Source of the DNA: Chthoniobacterales bacterium
Lineage (GTDB): Bacteria; Verrucomicrobiota; Verrucomicrobiia; Chthoniobacterales; DYNR01
DNA length: 64,000 bases
Reading direction: 5' to 3'
Assembly (NCBI GenBank): GCA_026418675.1
Contig: JAOAAX010000002.1
Span: forward strand, 12,719 to 76,718
The notes below the pieces were generated by a model. The model was not told the DNA's origin, searched no databases, and saw nothing but the letters and a program-made list of their open reading frames with translations. Below are positions 46,694 through 56,676 of the stretch, one piece after another. How positions within the stretch are numbered: the stretch's first letter is position 1; the number at the start of each line of letters is the position of its first letter. Both the position numbers and the translations under genes were made by a program.

Positions 46694-48577
46694 ATGTTAC
46701 TTGGTCTAGATTGTGTTAGTTGGAGAGTATTTTTGTTGAATATTTTTAAGGTTTTTATTGATTGGTGTGCGAGTGGTGTGAAGTGGGGTGTATTTTTTTT
46801 AGTTGCGGGAGGTGTTATGGGTTCATTGGTTGGTTTGTATGGGCAGAATCAGACCGGGCCGAAGAATTTGCTGATGAATCCCGGGTTTGAGCGGTATTCG
46901 ACAGTGGATGTGTCTTGGTATGGGACTGCGAAGGATGGATCTATCCGGGGTATGCAAGGAGGGTTGCCGATATTGTCAATGACGGGGGAAATTGTTGAAA
47001 CACCGATGCCTGTTTCTGTGGCGGCTGGAGATTTGAATGGGGATGGGCTGGAGGATTTGGTAGTGGGTAATGTGAATGGGTATCTGCATGTTTTTTTTAA
47101 CCAGGGGACGAAGGAGGAACCGAAGTTTGGTTATGGGGAGATTATTCCAATATTCCTTGGCCCCAGCAGGCGTTGGCAGGCGCCGCGCGTGCATTTGGCG
47201 GATCCCGGAAAGGCAGGGAAGTTGGATTTATTTATAGGGACGTATGGTGGGGATATTCTGAGGATACCGAATTCGGGAAGTAATACAGCGCCGGATTATC
47301 GTCCGCAGCCAAAATTGGAAAGTTTTGTTATCCCGACTACGAAGGATGGGCGGCGATGGGGGAATGTTTTTGCGCCGTTTCTGTATGATTTCAATCGGGA
47401 TGGGAAAGTGGATTTGTTAATTGGGGAAGGTTCCTATTCAGCAAATAGTGTGCATATATTCTTGAACCAAGCGACGGGTGTTTCTCTGCGATTTGATGAA
47501 GAGAATCGTCATGTTTTGGCGTATGGGATGGGGCGGGACCAGTTATCGCCTGTTGTAGTGGACTATGATGAGGATGGGAACCCGGATTTGTTGGTTTCAG
47601 ATAGTTCTGGGCAAATTGGGTTGTATAGCTCGACAGTGAAGCCGAAGGATGCTGCGGTGGAGCAGGATATACAATTGACAGCCCAAGCGGGAGGTAAGGT
47701 TGCACAAGGGGGAAGCTGGAATCCGGGGGAGCATATTCCATTTGTTCAGTATTTGGAGTCACAAGGTAGGCCGTTAAAATTTACAGGGATTACGTCAATT
47801 GGGAAGTGTGATTTGAATGGGGATGGGCTTTTTGATTTAGTTGTTGGGCAGAGTAGCGGACAAGTTTCATGGGTTCGGAACAGTGGGGAGAAGGGAGCAC
47901 CGAAGTTTGAGCAACCTGTTGTGCTGAAAGGGGAGCCTGCGCGGCAGGTTTATCCACCGACATCGTGGACGATAGGAATGAATTTGGAGCGTGGGAATTT
48001 TTTTGCGACAGCTACAACAGTTAGCAACGAAGAGGACGCGAATTTAAAAGCTCCAGAAGGGAAACGTGCTTTGCGGATATTTTTTTCTGAGAATAAAAAT
48101 GCGATTTTGAAAACGCCAATTAGTTACATACCACAACCTGGACAGGATGGTAAGCCAGTGCCGCCGAATCGGTTTTTTATACAGTTGACTTCCATACCGA
48201 TAGAGTTGGGCAAGAAGTATGAGTTGGTATTTCAGACGCGTGGGTCTGGGGTGACGAATTCTGTGATTAATTTTGAATTTGAGCGGGCGATTAAACAAAC
48301 AGAGGATCAGGTGATACGGAGGGCAGGGAGGCAGGAGGTCATAAAGGGGAAATGGTTAACTGAGAAAGGGGGGCTTGAGAATGTGGTTTTTTCTGTTGGA
48401 GGTGGGTGGTCTACGATACGGAATACGATTACCGTGGCATTTAAGGAGAAGGATTTGAATGATCGAGAGAAGGGAACGGATGGGGGGCGTTTACGTGCGG
48501 ATTTGCGGTTACATTTTGAGTTAAGTGCTGGGAAGGGGGAAATTTATTTTGATGATTTTCAGTTGGTTGAGCGCTAA
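46694..48577 (+). CDS. Membrane-anchored/secreted FG-GAP (VCBS) repeat beta-propeller protein with C-terminal jelly-roll (CBM-like) domain
   Basis: The N-terminal TM/signal is VKWGVFFLVAGGVMGSLVGLYG. At least 5 FG-GAP repeats are present (GDLNGDGLEDLVVGN, GKLDLFIGT, DFNRDGKVDLLIGE, DYDEDGNPDLLVSD, CDLNGDGLFDLVVGQ). The ends are CBM4_9-like: NLLMNPGFE at the N-terminus and GEIYFDDFQLVER at the C-terminus. Confidence 0.8.
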   Translation: MLLGLDCVSWRVFLLNIFKVFIDWCASGVKWGVFFLVAGGVMGSLVGLYGQNQTGPKNLLMNPGFERYSTVDVSWYGTAKDGSIRGMQGGLPILSMTGEIVETPMPVSVAAGDLNGDGLEDLVVGNVNGYLHVFFNQGTKEEPKFGYGEIIPIFLGPSRRWQAPRVHLADPGKAGKLDLFIGTYGGDILRIPNSGSNTAPDYRPQPKLESFVIPTTKDGRRWGNVFAPFLYDFNRDGKVDLLIGEGSYSANSVHIFLNQATGVSLRFDEENRHVLAYGMGRDQLSPVVVDYDEDGNPDLLVSDSSGQIGLYSSTVKPKDAAVEQDIQLTAQAGGKVAQGGSWNPGEHIPFVQYLESQGRPLKFTGITSIGKCDLNGDGLFDLVVGQSSGQVSWVRNSGEKGAPKFEQPVVLKGEPARQVYPPTSWTIGMNLERGNFFATATTVSNEEDANLKAPEGKRALRIFFSENKNAILKTPISYIPQPGQDGKPVPPNRFFIQLTSIPIELGKKYELVFQTRGSGVTNSVINFEFERAIKQTEDQVIRRAGRQEVIKGKWLTEKGGLENVVFSVGGGWSTIRNTITVAFKEKDLNDREKGTDGGRLRADLRLHFELSAGKGEIYFDDFQLVER

Positions 48578-49530
48578 TGCGCTCGGCATTTGTTTTGGGG
48601 GCGGGATATGGGACGCGACTTCGTCCGCTTACCGATAATTTGCCGAAGCCATTGGTTCCTGTTTTCAATAAGGCTTTGATCGAATATGTCCTGGATGGTT
48701 TGATTGCGAGAGGGTTTGAGCGATTTGCAATTAATACGCACTATTTGGCTGAAAGGTGGAAGGAGAAATTTGGGGTATTTGATGGGAAGAGTGAGTATCG
48801 GGGATGTGAGGTGTTTTTGTTTTACGAACGGGAATTGTTGGACACTGGTGGTGGGTTGAAGAATATCGAGTCGTTTATCCAGAACGATGGTTTGCTTGTA
48901 TGGAATGGGGATGTTCTGTGTGATGCTAGTTTGGAAGGTTTGGTGGGGCGGCATGAGGAAGCGGGATTTGCTGTTACTCTTGGTTTGCGGAGGGGAGGGG
49001 GACCGTTGAGTGTGAGTTTTGATAGTGCGGAGGGAGTTGTAAGGGATATTCGGGGGTGTCTGGGTAGAAGGGGGGATGTGGAGTGTTTATTTGCTGGCAT
49101 ATATGCGGTTAGGCCGGAAGTTTTGCGATGGATACCGCCTGGGCGCCCCTATTCGATTGTGACGGCATTGGTTGAGATGCTTCGAGCGGGTTTCCAGATT
49201 GGCGGAGTGATTTTGGAGGATGGGCTGTGGAGCGATTTGGGGACAGTTGAGTCGTATTTAGAAGCCCACCATTTTATTAAAGAGAAGGGGTATCGGTTGG
49301 AATATGCGCTGCGAGAGCCGTTACGGTTTTTACCTAAAGGGATGGGATGGCGCGAAGGGTGGGGAGGATTTGTTTCGATAGGGGATGGGTCAATTGTGGA
49401 GGAGGAGGTGTTTTTAGAGGATACAGTTGTCTGGCCTGGATCTTGTATTAGGAGTGGCAGTAGGTTGAGGAGATGTGTGGTGGTTGGAGGGAAGGAAGTA
49501 AGAGGGGTGCATGAGAGGGAGGTTTTATAA
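48577..49530 (+). CDS. Sugar-1-phosphate nucleotidyltransferase with short C-terminal LbH segment
   Basis: The NTP-transferase signature is LGAGYGTRLRPLTDNLPKPLVPV, with DTGGGL, and hexapeptide-like repeats near the C-terminus. The start overlaps the upstream stop (TAATG). Confidence 0.8.
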   Translation: MRSAFVLGAGYGTRLRPLTDNLPKPLVPVFNKALIEYVLDGLIARGFERFAINTHYLAERWKEKFGVFDGKSEYRGCEVFLFYERELLDTGGGLKNIESFIQNDGLLVWNGDVLCDASLEGLVGRHEEAGFAVTLGLRRGGGPLSVSFDSAEGVVRDIRGCLGRRGDVECLFAGIYAVRPEVLRWIPPGRPYSIVTALVEMLRAGFQIGGVILEDGLWSDLGTVESYLEAHHFIKEKGYRLEYALREPLRFLPKGMGWREGWGGFVSIGDGSIVEEEVFLEDTVVWPGSCIRSGSRLRRCVVVGGKEVRGVHEREVL

Positions 49531-49547
49531 TGAAAAGGGAGGTGCGA

Positions 49548-50636
49548 TTAAGAATTAGTCGGGGCAGTAGAGGATGAGGACAATGGAGGATTTTGAGGGG
49601 TTAGTGTTTCGAGGAAGTTGAGTTGAGAAGAAGAAGGAGGAGGTGTGATATTGAATTTGAGGTAAGCGCGACGAAGAGCGATACGCCCTTGGGAGGTGCG
49701 AGCAATGAAACCTTGCTGGATGAGGTAGGGCTCGTGCACTTCTTCGATGGTGTCTGGTTCTTCTCCGATGGCTACGGCGAGGGAGTTGAGGCCGACTGGG
49801 CCGCCGTTGAAGTGTTGGATGATGCACTGGAGGATGCGGAGGTCCATTTCATCGAGGCCGTCGGAATCAATTTCGAGAAGTTTGAGTGCGGTTGAGGCGA
49901 CAGTGTCGTCAATTAAATTAGAGGCGCGGACTTGAGCGAAATCGCGGCACCAGCGGAGGAGGTTGTTAGCGATGCGGGGAGTGCCTCTGGAACGGTTTGC
50001 GATTTGGAGAGCGCCTTCCGGGGTGCAGGGGATATTAAGGATTCTGGCACTGCGGAGGACGATTTCCTGCAATTCGGAGACGTTGTAATAATCGAGGCGA
50101 CAGTTCATTCCGAACCTTGAACGGAGGGGAGCACTGACCATGCCAGAACGAGTAGTGGCCCCGATGAGTGTGAAGTGATTGAGGTTGAGACGGATGCTGC
50201 GTGCGTTTGGACCTTGGTCTATGACGATGTCGAGGTGAAAGTCTTCTATGGCTGGGTAGAGGTATTCCTCGATAGCAGGCTGGAGGCGGTGGATTTCGTC
50301 AATAAAGAGGATGGAGCCGTGCGAGAGGTTTGTGAGGATTCCTGCGAGGTCGCCAGCTTTTTCGAGGGTTGGGCCGCTTGTGGTTTTTATTTCGACGCCC
50401 ATAGCGTTTGCGAGGATGTAGGCGAGGGTGGTTTTGCCGAGGCCAGGAGGGCCAGATAGGAGGATGTGTTGTAGCGGATCGCCGCGAGCTTTTGCAGCTT
50501 CGACCATGAGCTGGAGGCGTTCTACGGTTTTTTTCTGTCCGCAGAAGTCCTGAAAGAAAGGGGGGCGTAGGGAAGCTTCGAAGGATTCGTCGGTTTTTGT
50601 TGTGAAGTTTTTTTGGCTGTTCGATTTTTCTGGCAT
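49548..50636 (-). CDS. ruvB: Holliday junction branch migration helicase RuvB
   Basis: [12 protein letters not shown], Walker [19 protein letters not shown] and the sensor TTRSG..PLRSRFG are present. The ATG at 50636 is preferred over the 42-codon upstream extension. Confidence 0.92.
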   Translation of the reverse strand: MPEKSNSQKNFTTKTDESFEASLRPPFFQDFCGQKKTVERLQLMVEAAKARGDPLQHILLSGPPGLGKTTLAYILANAMGVEIKTTSGPTLEKAGDLAGILTNLSHGSILFIDEIHRLQPAIEEYLYPAIEDFHLDIVIDQGPNARSIRLNLNHFTLIGATTRSGMVSAPLRSRFGMNCRLDYYNVSELQEIVLRSARILNIPCTPEGALQIANRSRGTPRIANNLLRWCRDFAQVRASNLIDDTVASTALKLLEIDSDGLDEMDLRILQCIIQHFNGGPVGLNSLAVAIGEEPDTIEEVHEPYLIQQGFIARTSQGRIALRRAYLKFNITPPPSSSQLNFLETLTPQNPPLSSSSTAPTNS

Positions 50637-51337
50637 TATGGATTGGGACGATTTGCGGTGATCAGACCTTGAGGTTCCCAATGCTGGGTGATTTGGACGG
50701 GAGTCCCGATTGGAGCGATGGAGAAGATTTTTTGTGCTGCTGTTCGTGGGATGCGGATGCAACCGTGAGAAGCAGGTCGGCCTGGGATGTGGCCGACGTG
50801 GAGGCCAACGCCATCATTGGTTAACCGCATCCAAAAAGGCATTGGCGAGCCGACGAATTGGCCTCCCTCTGGTATAATGGCTGTGCGGAGGTCGGCATCG
50901 GGATTGATGACTTTGCCCTCCGCATCGAGAATTTTGCCATATAAATTTGAGCTATAGGTCTTTTTTTTCTCAATAATTGTGAAATTTCCGGTTGGTGTTG
51001 GGAAGGAGCGTCTGCCGGTTGCAACAGGGAAATCAAGAGCTACCAGCGGACCGGCGGTTAGATAGCCACGCTGGTTATCAATGGAAATGATTATAATTGG
51101 AGGGGATTGGGAGGGGATAATTTTAAGGATATCCTCATCTACAAAAGTATTTTTTTTCCAGTTTTGGGAGCTACGGAATAAGGAGAGTTTTTGGAGGTTT
51201 TGTTGTTGTAAGATGAGGAAATGGTCCTTTTTTTGTTTTTGTCTGAAGTTGGCGAAGGGGGGGAGTGTTGAACAGGAGGTAAAAAGAGTAAGGAGGAGTA
51301 AGAGGGGAGAGAAAAAAAGGAGAGAAGTGTGTATCAT
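50636..51337 (-). CDS. L,D-transpeptidase (YkuD) lipoprotein
   Basis: The lipobox is [10 protein letters not shown]. The YkuD catalytic motif is HG....[12 protein letters not shown]. Its stop overlaps the ruvB start (TAATG). Confidence 0.85.
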   Translation of the reverse strand: MIHTSLLFFSPLLLLLTLFTSCSTLPPFANFRQKQKKDHFLILQQQNLQKLSLFRSSQNWKKNTFVDEDILKIIPSQSPPIIIISIDNQRGYLTAGPLVALDFPVATGRRSFPTPTGNFTIIEKKKTYSSNLYGKILDAEGKVINPDADLRTAIIPEGGQFVGSPMPFWMRLTNDGVGLHVGHIPGRPASHGCIRIPRTAAQKIFSIAPIGTPVQITQHWEPQGLITANRPNP

Positions 51338-51456
51338 TTGAGGAAAATGTTTTTGGAATCGTTGAGGGATTTTGGTTAAAAGGGGCATGCTGAATATGCC
51401 ACGAGGAGTTGGAGACCTCCAGATGAAACGCTGAAGAAGCCAAGAGGAGAAACGAA

Positions 51457-52875
51457 ATGTCACCGAGTGCTGAAATGATGGAGGAGATGATCGAGACGCC
51501 GCTTACGAGGTGCCGGGAGCAAATAATGAAATATATTACGGAACGGCGTTTTTCGGAATTGCGGAGTTTTTGTCAACTTTGGGAACCGGTTCAGATAGCG
51601 AAGATATTGTCCACTTTGCCGGATGAGATGGAGGCCGTGGCTTTTCGAGTTTTGCCGAAGCGTGTTGGAGCCCAGGCATTTGATTATTTGGAGGTGGAGG
51701 ATCAGTTGCGGTTGTTGCACGCGTTAGGGACGAAAGATGTAGCCGGGATATTGGACGAGATGTCGCCAGATGATCGGACAGCACTTCTAGAGGAATTGCC
51801 ATCAAGCATCCAGCAGCAGTTGTTGTCGCTCTTGGATGCGGAGGAACGGGAGGTAGCTAAAACATTACTAGGCTATCCAAAAGGGAGCATTGGGCGATTG
51901 ATGACGCCGGATTATGTTTCCCTGAATGGAGAGATGACGGTTGCAGAGGCGTTGGCCTATATTCGACAGCATGCTCCTGATAGCGATACGATAAATGTGG
52001 TTTATATAGTGGATGAGCGGAGGCGGCTTGTAGATGGGATACGGATACGGAAGTTGTTGTTGGCGCATCCTGAGCAAAAAGTAAAGGAGCTTGCTTCGAA
52101 AGGTTGTGTGAGTTTGTTTGCTGGTGATCCTGCTGAGAAGGCAGTTGAGGCGTTTCGGGGGACGGATTTTTATGCTTTGCCGGTTGTGACTTCAACGGGA
52201 AAGATGGTGGGGATCGTAACAGTGGATGATGTGTTGGACTTGGCGGAGGAAAGGGCAACAAGGGAGATGCAGTTGGTGGGTGGGTCTGCTGAATTGGATG
52301 CGCCTTATTTGGATACGAGTATTCCAAGGATGCTTTTAAAGCGTGGACCTTGGTTGGTGGTTTTGTTTTTGGGAGGCATGTTGACAGCAAACGCGATGAG
52401 TGTTTTTGAAGGGGAGATAGAGAAGGCAGTAGTTTTGACAATTTTTTTGCCATTAATAATAGCGAGCGGAGGGAATTCAGGCTCGCAGGCGGCTACCTTG
52501 ATAATTCGGTCGATGGGGACAGGGGAGTTAAGATTGCAAGATTGGTGGAGAGTCTTTCGCCGGGAAATATTGACGGGATTTTTGTTGGGAGTAATATTAG
52601 GGGTGATTGGAATGATGCGGGTAGCCGTGGAAGGAACGTTAACGGATAATTTAACACAGCATTGGCTTTTAATTGGGTTGACGGTATGTTTTTCGTTAAT
52701 TGGGGTTGTGTTGTGGGGGAGTCTGGTTGGGGCGATGTTGCCTTTTATTTTGAGGAGGATTGGTTTGGACCCAGCAACATCGAGTGCGCCGTTTGTTTCG
52801 ACGTTTGTGGATGTGACGGGGATAGTGATTTATTTTAGCGTTGCGTCGTCGCTTTTGCGCGGGACTTTGCTCTGA
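51457..52875 (+). CDS. mgtE: Magnesium transporter MgtE
   Basis: An N-domain, tandem CBS domains and a 5-TM domain with PLIIASGGNSGSQAA and FVDVTG are present. The RBS aggaga lies 8 nt upstream. Confidence 0.92.
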   Translation: MSPSAEMMEEMIETPLTRCREQIMKYITERRFSELRSFCQLWEPVQIAKILSTLPDEMEAVAFRVLPKRVGAQAFDYLEVEDQLRLLHALGTKDVAGILDEMSPDDRTALLEELPSSIQQQLLSLLDAEEREVAKTLLGYPKGSIGRLMTPDYVSLNGEMTVAEALAYIRQHAPDSDTINVVYIVDERRRLVDGIRIRKLLLAHPEQKVKELASKGCVSLFAGDPAEKAVEAFRGTDFYALPVVTSTGKMVGIVTVDDVLDLAEERATREMQLVGGSAELDAPYLDTSIPRMLLKRGPWLVVLFLGGMLTANAMSVFEGEIEKAVVLTIFLPLIIASGGNSGSQAATLIIRSMGTGELRLQDWWRVFRREILTGFLLGVILGVIGMMRVAVEGTLTDNLTQHWLLIGLTVCFSLIGVVLWGSLVGAMLPFILRRIGLDPATSSAPFVSTFVDVTGIVIYFSVASSLLRGTLL

Positions 52876-52916
52876 ATGCGTTAAAATTTTCGATAGCGCT
52901 GTAATTCTTGTGCAAG

Positions 52917-54143
52917 ATGGAGAGAAATAATGCCGAATTTGTAGGTGGGGGAGTTTTTTGCCCTATTGAGGAGGCGTTGGAGGCATTGAAGCGAGGGGAG
53001 ATGGTTGTAGTGGTTGATGATGAGGACCGGGAGAACGAAGGGGATTTGGTAGCTGCTGCAGAAAAGGTTACTCCGGAGGTGGTAAATTTTATGACATTGC
53101 ATGGGCGGGGGCTTCTGTGTGTTCCGATTACCATGGAGAGGGCAGCGCAGTTGGGTTTGCAGCGGATGGTCCCTCACAATCGCGAGATGTATAAGACGGA
53201 TTTTACGGTTTCGGTAGATGCGGCAAGAGGAATAACGACAGGGATAAGTGCAGCGGATCGGGCGAAGACAATTCGAGTTTTGGCATCGAAGGAATCTCGG
53301 CCTGAGGACTTGGTTCAGCCTGGGCACGTGTTTCCATTGCAAGCGAAGGAGGGAGGGGTTTTGCGACGAGCTGGACATACGGAGGCGGCCGTGGATCTGG
53401 CTCGGTTGGCTGGGCTGGATCCGAGTGGGGTGATTTGTGAGATATTGAATGAGGATGGAACGATGGCAAGGCTGCCGGATTTAGAGAAGTTTTGCCGGCG
53501 ACATGGGTTGAAGATGTGTTCGATTCAGGATTTGATTTCGTATCGGCGAAGGAGTGAGAAACTGATCGAGCGGGAGCAAGTTGTTCGTCTTCCGACAGAG
53601 TTTGGGGATTTTGATTTGTATTTGTTTCGGTCGAAATTAGATGGGCAGAATCATGTGGCGTTAGTAAAAGGGGAGGTGGGTGATGGGGAGCCTGTGCTTG
53701 TAAGGGTGCATAGTGAGTGCTTAACGGGAGATGTGTTTGGATCGAGGAGATGCGATTGTGGGCCTCAGTTGCGACTAGCGATGAGATTGATTGAGGAGGA
53801 AAGGAAAGGAGTTTTAGTGTATATGCGACAAGAGGGGAGGGGGATTGGACTTGGGCCAAAAATTCATGCCTACAAATTGCAGGAACAGGGCTTGGATACC
53901 GTGGAAGCAAACGAACGGTTAGGTTTTCCTATGGATTTGCGGGAGTATGGGCTTGGCGCTCAGATTTTGGCGGATTTGGGAATTAAAAAGATTCGCTTGC
54001 TTACGAATAATCCACGGAAGGTCGTAGGATTGGAGGGATATGGGATGGAAATAGTGGAGAGGTTGCCTTTGAAGGGGGAAGTTAATCCATTCAATGAACG
54101 TTATTTGATGACAAAACGAGTTAAGATGGGGCACTGGATTTAG
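52917..54143 (+). CDS. ribBA: Bifunctional 3,4-dihydroxy-2-butanone-4-phosphate synthase / GTP cyclohydrolase II
   Basis: The RibB part has [12 protein letters not shown] and RAGHTEA. The RibA part has [18 protein letters not shown], with the Zn-binding Cys residues, and EGRGIGL. Confidence 0.93.
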   Translation: MERNNAEFVGGGVFCPIEEALEALKRGEMVVVVDDEDRENEGDLVAAAEKVTPEVVNFMTLHGRGLLCVPITMERAAQLGLQRMVPHNREMYKTDFTVSVDAARGITTGISAADRAKTIRVLASKESRPEDLVQPGHVFPLQAKEGGVLRRAGHTEAAVDLARLAGLDPSGVICEILNEDGTMARLPDLEKFCRRHGLKMCSIQDLISYRRRSEKLIEREQVVRLPTEFGDFDLYLFRSKLDGQNHVALVKGEVGDGEPVLVRVHSECLTGDVFGSRRCDCGPQLRLAMRLIEEERKGVLVYMRQEGRGIGLGPKIHAYKLQEQGLDTVEANERLGFPMDLREYGLGAQILADLGIKKIRLLTNNPRKVVGLEGYGMEIVERLPLKGEVNPFNERYLMTKRVKMGHWI

Positions 54144-54276
54144 GTTTAAAATTAGACCAATTTATCTTTATTTTTATTTTTTGGATATTAGTTGTGGGTT
54201 TAGTGAGAGCAATTGATCTATTCGGCCTTGGCGGAGAGGGGGAATTGGTATAAAGGGTTCAAGTAAAAAGCGACAA

Positions 54277-55212
54277 ATGAGGATATTGGTGACAGGCGGA
54301 GCTGGTTTTTTGGGTTCGCATATTTGTGAGAGGTTGTTGGAAGGAGGGCATGAGGTTTTGTGCTTAGACAATTTTTTTACAGGGGCGAAAGAGAATGTGA
54401 TGCACTTGATGGGGAATCCGAGATTTGAGTTGATTCGACATGATATCATAGATCCGTTTAAGGCGGAGGTGGATCGGATTTACAACTTGGCATGTCCTGC
54501 ATCTCCGCCTCATTATCAGTATAACCCAATAAAAACGATAAAGACGTCTGTTTTAGGAGCGATAAATTGTTTAGGATTGGCGAAGAGGCTGCGTGCGCGA
54601 GTGTTGCAGGCTTCGACTTCAGAGGTTTACGGGGACCCACAGGTTCATCCTCAACCGGAGAGTTATTGGGGAAATGTAAATCCGATTGGTAAGAGATCGT
54701 GTTACGATGAAGGGAAAAGATGCGCGGAAACACTTTTTTTCGATTATCATCGGGAAAATCGGGTGGATATCCGTGTAGTTCGGATTTTCAATACTTATGG
54801 GCCGCGGATGCATCCAAACGATGGACGCGTCGTTTCGAATTTTATCGTGCAAGCATTAAAGGGTGAGGATTTAACAGTCTATGGAGATGGGAGGCAAACG
54901 AGGTCTTTTTGTTATGTGGATGATTTGGTTGAGGGGATTATGCTTTTTATGGAGCAGACGGAAACTGTTGGGCCTCTGAACTTAGGGAATCCTGCAGAGT
55001 TTACAATGTTGGAGCTGGCGGAATTGGTTTTGAGGAAGATTGGGGGTAGATCGAAAATAATCTATCGGCCTTTGCCACCGGATGATCCTCGGCAGAGGAG
55101 GCCGGATATTTCCTTGGCCAAGAAAGTGATGGGGTGGGAGCCGAAGGTGACATTGGAGGAGGGAATTGAAAGGACAATAGATTATTTCCGCCGGAAGTTG
55201 GGTTTGAATTGA
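54277..55212 (+). CDS. uxs: UDP-glucuronate decarboxylase (UDP-xylose synthase)
   Basis: The sequence is [14 protein letters not shown]...DNFFTG...[47 protein letters not shown]. By memory it is near-collinear with eukaryotic/bacterial UXS1. Confidence 0.9.
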   Translation: MRILVTGGAGFLGSHICERLLEGGHEVLCLDNFFTGAKENVMHLMGNPRFELIRHDIIDPFKAEVDRIYNLACPASPPHYQYNPIKTIKTSVLGAINCLGLAKRLRARVLQASTSEVYGDPQVHPQPESYWGNVNPIGKRSCYDEGKRCAETLFFDYHRENRVDIRVVRIFNTYGPRMHPNDGRVVSNFIVQALKGEDLTVYGDGRQTRSFCYVDDLVEGIMLFMEQTETVGPLNLGNPAEFTMLELAELVLRKIGGRSKIIYRPLPPDDPRQRRPDISLAKKVMGWEPKVTLEEGIERTIDYFRRKLGLN

Positions 55213-55263
55213 GTGCTTTGAAAAGCTTTTTCAGAAAGACGAGAAAAAGGAAGGATTAAAAGT

Positions 55264-56655
55264 ATGAAATTATGTTGCATGGGAGCTGGATACGTGGGAG
55301 GTCCTACGATGGCAATGATTGCGTATAAGTGCCCGGACATACAAGTGACTGTTGTGGACGTGAATGAGGAGAAGATAGCTGCTTGGAATTCGGATGAATT
55401 GCCTGTTTATGAGCCAGGTTTGTTTGAGATAGTGAAGGATGTGCGAGGGGTTAATTTGTTTTTTTCGACTGATGTTGAGGGAGCTGTTGCGGAAGCGGAT
55501 ATGGTATTTGTGTGCGTAGGCACCCCGACGAAGAAGAAAGGTGTGGGAGCAGGTCAGGCAGCAGATTTACAATATGTTGAAGCAGCGGCACGGGTCATAG
55601 CACGGGTAAGTAAAACGCCGAAGATAGTTGTGGAGAAAAGCACAATACCGGTTCGAACAGCAGAAGCAATCGGAACAATACTGAAAGCAAATTCAGGGGT
55701 TGGAAAGTTCCAGGTTTTGTCGAACCCTGAATTTTTAGCTGAAGGGACAGCGATAAGGGATTTGCTCGAACCTGATCGGGTGTTAATTGGAGGGGAGCGC
55801 AGTAGGGAGGGAGATGTTGCAGTTGAACGACTTGCAAGTATCTATGCCCGTTGGGTTCCGCGGGAGAAAATTATAACGACAAATTTGTGGTCGTCGGAAT
55901 TATCAAAGTTAGTGGCGAATGCTTTTTTGGCACAAAGAGTATCCTCGATTAATGCGGTATCTGCACTGTGCGAAGTGACTGGGGCGGATGTTGATGAGGT
56001 TGCCCGAGCGATTGGAATGGATTCGCGGATTGGGCCCAAATTTTTGCGAGCATCGGTGGGTTTTGGTGGTTCATGTTTTCAGAAAGACATTTTGAATTTG
56101 AGTTACTTGTGTGAGCACTTTGGATTGCCGATGGTAGCTAGGTATTGGCAGAGTGTTGTTCATATGAACGATTGGCAAAAGAATCGTTTTCGGCACAAGA
56201 TAGTTAGGGAGATGTTTAATACTGTTGCAGGGAAACGGGTCGCGGTTTTAGGATTTGCTTTTAAGAAAGATACAAACGATACAAGGGAGAGTCCTGCGAT
56301 AGATGTGTGTCGGGGGTTATTGGAAGAGGGTGCGGTTGTTGCAGTTTATGATCCAAAGGTTTCGCGGGAAGTGATTGTGAGAGAACTTGATGGGGTTGGA
56401 GGGGAAAGGGATTTAAGTTTGGAGGTATGTGGAAGTGCGATAGAAGCAGTGCAAGGGGCACATGCTATTGCGATCCTGACGGAATGGGATGAATTTCGAG
56501 GGCTGCCTTACGAAGAGTTTTATAAAGTTATGTTGAAGCCACCGTTTTTGTTTGATGGAAGAAATCTTTTGGATCACGAGCGGTTGGTAAAGATTGGCTT
56601 CCGGGTTTATCCAATAGGGAAACCGCCGCTAATACTGGAGCAATCTGCTAATTGA
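55264..56655 (+). CDS. ugd: UDP-glucose 6-dehydrogenase (long, eukaryote-like form)
   Basis: The sequence is [19 protein letters not shown]...[18 protein letters not shown]...[44 protein letters not shown]. The protein is 463 aa. Confidence 0.92.
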   Translation: MKLCCMGAGYVGGPTMAMIAYKCPDIQVTVVDVNEEKIAAWNSDELPVYEPGLFEIVKDVRGVNLFFSTDVEGAVAEADMVFVCVGTPTKKKGVGAGQAADLQYVEAAARVIARVSKTPKIVVEKSTIPVRTAEAIGTILKANSGVGKFQVLSNPEFLAEGTAIRDLLEPDRVLIGGERSREGDVAVERLASIYARWVPREKIITTNLWSSELSKLVANAFLAQRVSSINAVSALCEVTGADVDEVARAIGMDSRIGPKFLRASVGFGGSCFQKDILNLSYLCEHFGLPMVARYWQSVVHMNDWQKNRFRHKIVREMFNTVAGKRVAVLGFAFKKDTNDTRESPAIDVCRGLLEEGAVVAVYDPKVSREVIVRELDGVGGERDLSLEVCGSAIEAVQGAHAIAILTEWDEFRGLPYEEFYKVMLKPPFLFDGRNLLDHERLVKIGFRVYPIGKPPLILEQSAN

Positions 56656-56676
56656 GATAATGGAAGGAAGAGGTTA

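Noticed and set aside
41892-50762. Long N-terminal extensions offered by the longest-ORF track for ribF (to 42950), hisB (to 44366), ruvB (to 50762) and Ldt (to 51463). The same applies outside this span to atpB (to 1449), atpE (to 393), hemC (from 9142) and thrB (from 17064).
   Set aside because: The extensions have no counterpart in the respective protein families and would overlap upstream genes extensively. Internal ATG or GTG codons coincide with conserved N-termini and with ATGA/TAATG coupling sites.
9114-53910. Long antisense or alternative-frame ORFs in the track, e.g. 13270-13959 (229 aa), 11305-11994 (229 aa), 53203-53910 (235 aa), 51857-52453 (198 aa), 9114-9623, 52881-53378, 15204-15689 and 44439-44918.
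   Set aside because: All lie fully inside well-supported conserved genes on the other strand or in another frame. Their products are low-complexity (Pro/Ser/His- or Gly/Arg-rich), and their length is explained by the strong strand compositional bias, which depletes stop codons. There is no independent support for them.
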